A stretch of 16,581 nt of DNA from Paraspadella gotoi (Eukaryota; Animalia; Chaetognatha), in the NCBI GenBank assembly GCA_051294375.1, contig JBJCIZ010000327.1, positions 1 through 16,581 on the forward strand, written 5' to 3'. Positions 10,818 to 16,581 of the stretch are shown here, piece by piece (positions within the stretch are counted from its first letter, which is position 1; the number at the start of each line of letters is the position of its first letter). The notes below the pieces were generated by a model that saw only the letters and a program-made list of their open reading frames with translations, was not told the DNA's origin and did not search any database. The translations under genes were made by a program, and so were the position numbers.

Positions 10818-10988
10818 GAAACGGCTCGTCCTCTTCGGGAAAAGTGGCGTTATGGACTTCTTGTTCTGTTCTGTTCTGCAATCGCTGCTATTGTAGCTCT
10901 AGTGATTGTGTCCAAACTGCAAAGTTATTTCATTTTTCTTTCGCGCATGCTTAATGCCTTTCCTGCCTTCATGCCCTTCCTATTCTAA
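10818..10988 (+). CDS. Candidate terminal exon encoding a C-terminal transmembrane anchor (ETARPLREKWRYGLLVLFCSAIAAIVALVIVSKLQSYFIFLSRMLNAFPAFMPFLF*)
   Basis: Preceded by an acceptor-like ttttcag (10811-10817, also present in R2 copy 2). GC content rises at this point. The peptide has basic residues followed by ~19 hydrophobic residues and then a stop. No family recognised. Confidence 0.4.
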   Translation, partial: ETARPLREKWRYGLLVLFCSAIAAIVALVIVSKLQSYFIFLSRMLNAFPAFMPFLF

Positions 10989-11194
10989 CCAAGCAAAGCG
11001 AGCTAAGCTTTAAATGAACTTTTGTATTTACCTTATTTTTCGCAATTGTTATTCTGTGTTTTATATACTTATAACTAGTGTAAAAAATGTACCATTGATT
11101 TTTTTTAAAAACATTGAAAAATAATTAGATAATTATAAAGTAATAATTATTTAATTTATGGCAAAACTCCGTGGGAAGAGTAGGATATAGAATA

Positions 11195-11635
11195 TTAACG
11201 TAGTGTATTATTGTAGAGAAGCTTGGTCTCTACGCCTCTTGAGGTAAGGATGGTCCATTGGTCGCAACATAATCTGACGAAAGGTTGATCCCAAACGTTT
11301 GTTGTAACTGAAGCTCGAAAATGTCGGAAGGAAAAATGCGGGAAATCAAATATAAATAAATGTAATAAAATGTAGGAACGAGATAAAAATCCGTAGAAAA
11401 TCGAGATCAAATCTAAGAGGAATCCAATAAATGTAGAGAAATCAAATAAAATCGTTAGTAGAATCTTCAGTAAAAACGTATAGTAGGATACTTTGTAGAA
11501 AGTAGTTGAAATTTTAGTGAAAAGTGATCCAGTGAATCTGTATTTGGTCTTGTCTGAGCTCGTCCAAGTAAAGTTTAGGAGAGAGAGGAGAAAGAGTGGA
11601 GAAAGAGTCAGGTCAGTCCCTGTCCGGTCGATCGG
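11195..11635 (-). CDS. Stop-free frame of 146 codons without an ATG start; hydrophobic; possible exon or compositional artefact
   Basis: By manual translation the listed 11195..11410 ORF extends upstream without stops to 11635 (…LNFTWTSSDKTKYRFTGSLFTKISTTFYKVSYYTFLLKILLTILFDFSTFIGFLLDLISIFYGFL…). The strand is pyrimidine-rich, which suppresses stop codons. Confidence 0.2.
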   Translation of the reverse strand, partial: PIDRTGTDLTLSPLFLLSLLNFTWTSSDKTKYRFTGSLFTKISTTFYKVSYYTFLLKILLTILFDFSTFIGFLLDLISIFYGFLSRSYILLHLFIFDFPHFSFRHFRASVTTNVWDQPFVRLCCDQWTILTSRGVETKLLYNNTLR

Positions 11636-12471
11636 TCAATCGGTCGAATGGTCAGATCTGGCCGTCTCCGTCGGTCTCGGCCTTTCTCTTCAATTATACA
11701 GTCCATTGAAGGTAAACTAAACCATACTTATATCAACATAAAATTGTTTATATGTGGATAAGCGCTAAGTGGGCTGAAAGATTATATTTTTAACTCCTTT
11801 GTCCCCTGACCAGCAATGAAACTGACCATCCTCACACTTCATGATAAGGTCGTACTGTTTGGGATGAAATATTTAATAATCGAGCTCAGTTTACTCAATT
11901 AAGCTTCCGCGGTCAAAATCAAAGGTGTCATGCTTATAGGCAGGGTGATCTTGGCGCAATGCACGACTACATAAATGAATAATTTTTTTTTAAATTTATG
12001 AATTGATTAAATTTTCATTTTTTTAAATATTTTATCAATATTGTTTTTTATCAGATAGAANNNNNNNNNNNNNNNNNNNNNNNNNNNNNNNNNNNNNNNN
12101 NNNNNNNNNNNNNNNNNNNNNNNNNNNNNNNNNNNNNNNNNNNNNNNNNNNNNNNNNNNNNNNNNNNNNNNNNNNNNNNNNNNNNNNNNNNNNNNNNNNN
12201 NNNNNNNNNNNNNNNNNNNNNNNNNNNNNNNNNNNNNNNNNNNNNNNNNNNNNNNNNNNNNNNNNNNNNNNNNNNNNNNNNNNNNNNNNNNNNNNNNNNN
12301 NNNNNNNNNNNNNNNNNNNNNNNNNNNNNNNNTTTATTGGTTTTTATTTTTATGTTCTATATGTTAAATTTTAATTTTATAAAACAATTTCTCATCACCC
12401 TACTGTCCAAGACATGATTTATTATAAATATATGTGAAAATTAGGGAAATCTTTAAAATATATTGTATTGA

Positions 12472-12487
12472 AGGAAAGGAGAGAGAT
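12472..12487 (+). other. Probable PacBio SMRTbell adapter remnant
   Basis: aggaaaggagagagat matches 15/16 positions of the adapter 3' end AGGAAAAGAGAGAGAT (adapter recalled as ATCTCTCTCAACAACAACAACGGAGGAGGAGGAAAAGAGAGAGAT). It lies exactly at the R2 copy1/copy2 junction. Confidence 0.7.
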
Positions 12488-14578
12488 CCCTGAAAATCCT
12501 CACCCTTAATCCCTGAAACCCCGCCAAAGCCCGTCGGATCCGAAAGTAAATATACCGACGTCAATTCTAAATGGATACATTGGCAGAATTAGTTTTAGAA
12601 ATTCGTTTTTCACAGAAACTTGAAAAAAGCATACTAAAATATTTCGTATGTTGATTATCATGTTTATCTAAGAATTATTCTATTGGTTTTCAGGAAATAG
12701 CGCGTCGATTCCGTCTTCCGGGAAAAGTGGATTTACAACTGCACTTCTTGTTCTGTTTCGCTCTGCCAATCGCTGCTATTGTAGCTCTTAGTGCTTTCTA
12801 TTGTGTCCACAACTGCAAAGTTATTTCAGTTTTTCTTTATCGCGCGGCATAGCTTAATGCCTTTTCCTAGCCTTCAGTGCCCGTTGCCTATTATCAACCT
12901 AACAAAGCTGCCGAGCATAAAGCTTTAAATGAACTTTTGTATTGTACCACTTTATTGTTTCGCAATTGTTATGTTGCTGTTTTATATTATCTTATAACTA
13001 GTGTAGAAAAAATGGTACGAGAGATTGATTTTTTTTTTAAAAACGTATTGAAAAATAATCTAAGATAATTAATGAAGTAATTCAATTATTTAATTTATTG
13101 TGCATAAACTGCCGTGGGAAGAGTAGGATATTCTAGGAAAATTGAACGTAGTGTATACTATGTGTAGAGAAGAGCGTTGCTGGCTCTAGCGGCCTCTTGA
13201 GGTAAAGGATGGTCGGCCACTTGGTCGCTAAACATATACCCATGACGAAAGGTTTTATCCCAAATGTTTTGTGTAACTGGGAAGCTCGGAAAATGGTCGG
13301 TAAGGAAAATGGGCGGGTAATCAAATATAAATAATAATGTCAATAAAATGTAGGAAACGAGATAAAAAATGCGCGTTAGAAAAAGTTACGAGATCGAATC
13401 GTTAAGAGGAATCGCCAATAAATCGTAGAGAATCAAATAAAATCGTTAAGTAGAGATCATCAAGTAAAAACGGTATAATGGAACTGTACTGTAAGAAAGT
13501 AGTTGAAAATTTTAGTAAAGAGTGATCCAGGTGAAGTCTCGTATTTGGTCTTGTCCCTGAGCTGCGTCCCAAGTAAAAGTTTGGAGAGAGAGAGAGGGAG
13601 AGAAAGAGGCTGGAGAAAGAGTGCAGTCAGCTGGCCCTGTCGCGGTCTGAGTCGTCGCAATCGTCGAAATGGGTGCAAGATCTGGGCCGTCCTCCCTGTC
13701 GGTCGCTCGGCGCTTGTTTCTCTTCATATTATACAGTCATCTGGAAGGTAAACTAAACGCATACTTTAGTATCAAACATAAAATTTGTTTATGATGTGGA
13801 TGAAAGGCGCTAAAGTGGGCTGAAGATTACTTATTTTTAACTCGGGCTTTGTCCCCTGACACCAGCAATGAAACTGACGCATGACGTCGACACTTCCATG
13901 AAAAGGTCGGTTAGTTGTTTGGGCATGAAATATTTAATAATCGAGCTCAGTTACTCAGTAAGTTCCCTTGTTCCGGGTCAAAATCAAAGGTTGGTCATGG
14001 CTTCATAGGCAGGGTGATCTTGGCGGCAATGCACGGCGACTAGCACAGTAAATGAAATAGATTTTTTTGTTAAATTTATGATTTGATTAAAATTTTCATT
14101 TGTTTTTTTAAATTATATTTATTCTTTGTTTTATATATCCAGATAGAATAAATATTTAATATTTTAAAAGAATAAGAGTTAATTTAACTATTTATTTTAT
14201 TTCTTATTTTTTTGCACTGCACTCCTTTGTATTAAACTTTTATTACAAAGAAGTTTTTTTTAATTTATTATTATTGTAAGATCTATCCGATCATTAATTT
14301 GTAATTTTAAATTTAGCGTTATTAAGTTGTCTTATTACTATATTATAAATTAGCATCACTTGGTGACCACTGACCAAATGTATTGAATTAAAAATAATGT
14401 TGACTGAAAAGATATTTTATTGGTTTTTATTTTATGTTCTATCATGGCTTTAAACTTTAAATTTTAGTAAATACAATTTTCTCATTTCACCCCTACTGTC
14501 GAATGACAGTGATTTCATTATAATATATGTGAAAATGTAGGGAATAATTCTTTTAAAATTATTGGATTATTTGGAAGG
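12488..14578 (+). repeat. R2 copy 2 (insertion-rich version, roughly 14% longer than copy 1)
   Basis: Same sequence as 10641-12474 with dispersed extra bases, for example gtccaaactgcaaagttatttcatttttc versus gtccacaactgcaaagttatttcagttttt. Spans are 2091 versus 1834 nt. Confidence 0.95.
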
Positions 14579-15035
14579 TTATACTTGATAGAACAGACTG
14601 GGTTGTTAATGTTGCCAGATGGAATGAACGTCTCCGTGTCCACCGTGTTAGTCGTTTAGGGGCGGGTTGGGAGCCGTTTTCCGACTGGCGTTACCCAAAT
14701 TAACCATCATTGCTTCAACGTCATGCTCATTCTCGTGTGGAAGATCTGTCAGGACTGTACATGAACGTACAGTGTAGCATAGATACGCGTTGCTGNNNNN
14801 NNNNNNNNNNNNNNNNNNNNACGCTTGCTTGGGATGGGGCTTAGCCATTGACATTGGCTGTATAAGGTCGGAGGTAAGGCTGTATAAGGCTAAAATTAAG
14901 CATAAGCGGCTAGTTGGCCTGAAGAGGATAATCTGNNNNNNNNNNNNNNNNNNNNNNNNNNNNNNNNNNNNNNNNNNNNNNNNNNNNNNNNNNNNNNNNN
15001 NNNNNNNNNNNNNNNNNNNNNNNNNNNNNNNNNNN

Positions 15036-16581
15036 TATTATTCATATCAAATTATTATTTTATTATTTTTATTAGAATAGATTCAGGGATAAATTTAAAT
15101 TCATATATAAAAAAATAATATTAAAAANNNNNNNNNNNNNNNNNNNNNNNNNNNNNNNNNNNNNNNNNNNNNNNNNNNNNNNNNNNNNNNNNNNNNNNNN
15201 NNNNNNNNNNNNNNNNNNNNNNNNNNNNNNNNNNNNNNNNNNNNNNNNNNNNNNNNNNNNNNNNNNNNNNNNNNNNNNNNNNNNNNNNNNNNNNNNNNNN
15301 NNNNNNNNNNNNNNNNNNNNNNNNNNNNNNNNNNNNNNNNNNNNNNNNNNNNNNNNNNNNNNNNNNNNNNNNNNNNNNNNNNNNNNNNNNNNNNNNNNNN
15401 NNNNNNNNNNNNNNNNNNNNNNNNNNNNNNNNNNNNNNNNNNNNNNNNNNNNNNNNNNNNNATATATATTAAATAATTAAGTAATTTTATTATTCAATAA
15501 CCATAATTTACCTTAGGTATCTATCTATCTTGTTAATCTATTTAAATTGTTTTTAATATTGAGTTTTAGTTTATATAATAATATATATTTTTTATATAAT
15601 AATATAAATTTTATNNNNNNNNNNNNNNNNNNNNNNNNNNNNNNNNNNNNNNNNNNNNNNNNNNNNNNNNNNNNNNNNNNNNNNNNNNNNNNNNNNNNNN
15701 NNNNNNNNNNNNNNNNNNNNNNNNNNNNNNNNNNNNNNNNNNNNNNNNNNNNNNNNNNNNNNNNNNNNNNNNNNNNNNNNNNNNNNNNNNNNNNNNNNNN
15801 NNNNNNNNNNNNNNNNNNNNNNNNNNNNNNNNNNNNNNNNNNNNNNNNNNNNNNNNNNNNNNNNNNNNNNNNNNNNNNNNNNNNNNNNNNNNNNNNNNNN
15901 NNNNNNNNNNNNNNNNNNNNNNNNNNNNNNNNNNNNNNNNNNNNNNNNNNNNNNNNNNNNNNNNNNNNNNNNNNNNNNNNNNNNNNNNNNNNNNNNNNNN
16001 NNNNNNNNNNNNNNNNNNNNNNNNNNNNNNNNNNNNNNNNNNNNNNNNNNNNNNNNNNNNNNNNNNNNNNNNNNNGTTTAAACGGTTAACAATTGATTTA
16101 AAAATAGTTATTAAATTTATTTATTGGTTAAAAAATATATTTGACAATGAAATTAATTAACTTTTCNNNNNNNNNNNNNNTTTTTTTCCATCATGGTAGT
16201 TGGTACTTTCAGGATCGTCTGCCTGTTCATCTGCGATTCATGGATTCGTAATTATTGACTTTNNNNNNNNNNNNNNNNNNNNNNNNNNNNNNNNNNNNNN
16301 NNNNNNNNNNNNNNNNNNNNNNNNNNNNNNNNNNNNNNNNNNNNNNNNNNNNNNNNNNNNNNNNNNNNNNNNNNNNNNNNNNNNNNNNNNNNNNNNNNNN
16401 NCTCCCGTATTTCTTGCCTATTTGATTTCATGATTGTTTGTGTTACTTTTATTAATTAGTAGTAGTATTTACTGACTGTTTAAATTTAGAATTNNNNNNN
16501 NNNACGACGACGCCGAATCTCGTCACTGGAAACGACGGCGTTTTTTTCTTCGCTTCTCCGACGCCGCTTTCCTGTTAGGAC
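15036..16581 (+). repeat. R1 partial copy d (mostly N-masked; homologous to ~7527-8924), ending at the element terminus tgttaggac
   Basis: Unmasked islands match in order: gataaatttaaatt, ttattcaataac..accttag, ttgatttaaaaatagttatta, tttcaggatcgtctgcct, ctcccgtattt..cttgcctatttgatttcatgatt, acgacgacgccgaatctcgtc, ctttcctgttaggac. Confidence 0.92.

Larger units (their letters stand above)
10641..12474 (+). repeat. R2 copy 1 of a tandem direct duplication (includes N gap 12061-12332)
   Basis: Collinear with 12488-14578. Anchors: tcaattctaaatggata, aatcgctgctattgtagctct, aagctttaaatgaacttttgtatt, ccgtgggaagagtaggatat, gaaatatttaataatcgagctcagtt, ttttattggtttttatttt. Confidence 0.95.

Noticed and set aside
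14747-14755. tgtcaggac, an 8/9 match to the element terminus
   Set aside because: No further similarity, partner end or TSD visible; compatible with chance.
15547-16089. 180 aa ORF (likewise 155..421, 14790..15080, 16200..16433)
   Set aside because: Length comes from translating N runs.

Overview
AT-rich, gap-riddled eukaryotic-looking draft sequence with no recognisable intact gene, RNA gene, operon or CRISPR array. Most of the window is redundant. One ~3 kb block (R1) occurs in four partial same-orientation copies (1-471, ~871-4000, ~5902-8998, 15036-16581). A second ~1.8-2.1 kb block (R2) occurs as a tandem pair (10641-12474, 12488-14578). The copies differ mainly by scattered 1-2 nt indels, several N runs match the length of the homologous sequence they mask, and a PacBio SMRTbell-adapter-like 16-mer sits at the R2 junction. 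The duplications are therefore most likely uncollapsed noisy long reads rather than biology. The best-supported biological feature is a 427 bp non-autonomous element at 8916-9342, with TGTTAGGAC...GTCCTAACA termini, a 4 bp TTCC target-site duplication and a ~295 bp internal fold-back (Ginger-like MITE or solo-LTR-like). Weaker signals are a ~146 bp inverted-repeat-bounded element with CCCTAA-like repeats, a candidate membrane-anchor terminal exon, and several 18-22 nt GT-AG micro-intron candidates. I cannot support a new multi-gene system from this window.
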